From Candidatus Nanoarchaeia archaeon (GTDB lineage Archaea > Nanobdellota > Nanobdellia > Woesearchaeales > GW2011-AR9), in contig DATDWB010000048.1 of the NCBI GenBank assembly GCA_035289845.1, positions 1-57,457 on the forward strand: a DNA stretch of 57,457 nucleotides. The letters run 5' to 3'. Made by a program: the position numbers and the translations under genes. This document shows positions 57,318 through 57,457 of this stretch, one piece after another. Numbering within the stretch: position 1 is the stretch's first letter; every line of letters begins with the position of its first letter. A model generated the notes under the pieces. It had not been told where the DNA came from. It was given only the letters and a program-made list of their open reading frames with translations, and ran no database searches.

Positions 57318-57457
57318 CTCTATTATCCCGAAACTGGTTCGCATCACGAAACTAATTCGCCCCAAACTTCTTTAGGTGTTTTATAATGAAGGCTCATGTG
57401 AAGCCTAACTTCATTATAATGCTTGATATAATCGCTTAAAGAAGAAAATGTGCCAAT
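57318..57457 (-). mobile_element. IS fragment (transposase-stop end), truncated by the window edge: terminal inverted repeat plus the last 37 codons of an rve/DDE integrase-type transposase
   Basis: The minus strand reads IGTFSSLSDYIKHYNEVRLHMSLHYKTPKEVWGELVS* with its stop at 57344-57346. The YN..R.H.SL.Y.TP.E tail is typical of IS3/IS481-type rve transposases. The IR lies at 57318-57342. Confidence 0.6.

Overview
AT-rich archaeal window that looks like a whole metagenomic contig. The archaeal assignment rests on several features. The 16S termini are archaeal (5' AATTCCCGTTGATCCTGCGGGAG, 3' GGATCACCTCCT). The rRNA operon is 16S, then an intron-containing tRNA-Ala(UGC), then 23S. Archaeal genes present are TFS, Rpo7/RpoE', Spt4, eL41, S24e, S27ae, archease, Bud32, deoxyhypusine synthase, ATP-dependent DNA ligase, FtsZ and a GINS-like protein. 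A small-genome DPANN-type lineage is my inference only. Most of the window is housekeeping: nucleotide kinases, a SUF Fe-S operon, thioredoxin, Nth, TatD, signal peptidase, SppA and a large surface subtilase. Both window edges end about 140 nt inside the same type of IS element. Observations worth a second look: (1) two tandem bacterial-type sigma-70/ECF sigma factor paralogues, each behind its own archaeal TATA box; (2) two insertions (95 nt and 42 nt) in the universally conserved 790 and 690 loops of the 16S rRNA gene; (3) an OGFOD1/Tpa1-type ribosomal prolyl hydroxylase split into two overlapping ORFs; (4) an ArmA/Rmt-like 16S m7G1405 methyltransferase homologue; (5) a RelA/SpoT-type HD (ppGpp hydrolase-like) protein; (6) twin mini-kinases directly downstream of deoxyhypusine synthase; (7) a family of nested palindromic MITE-like repeats and a second family of GC-rich hairpin repeats; (8) a DEDDh exonuclease whose Exo I motif is cut off by an A8 homopolymer frame problem; (9) an unlisted 35-codon eL41 gene just upstream of the rRNA operon. 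No CRISPR array, recognisable defence system or prophage was seen. All functional calls come from motif recognition by eye, and none was verified by a search.
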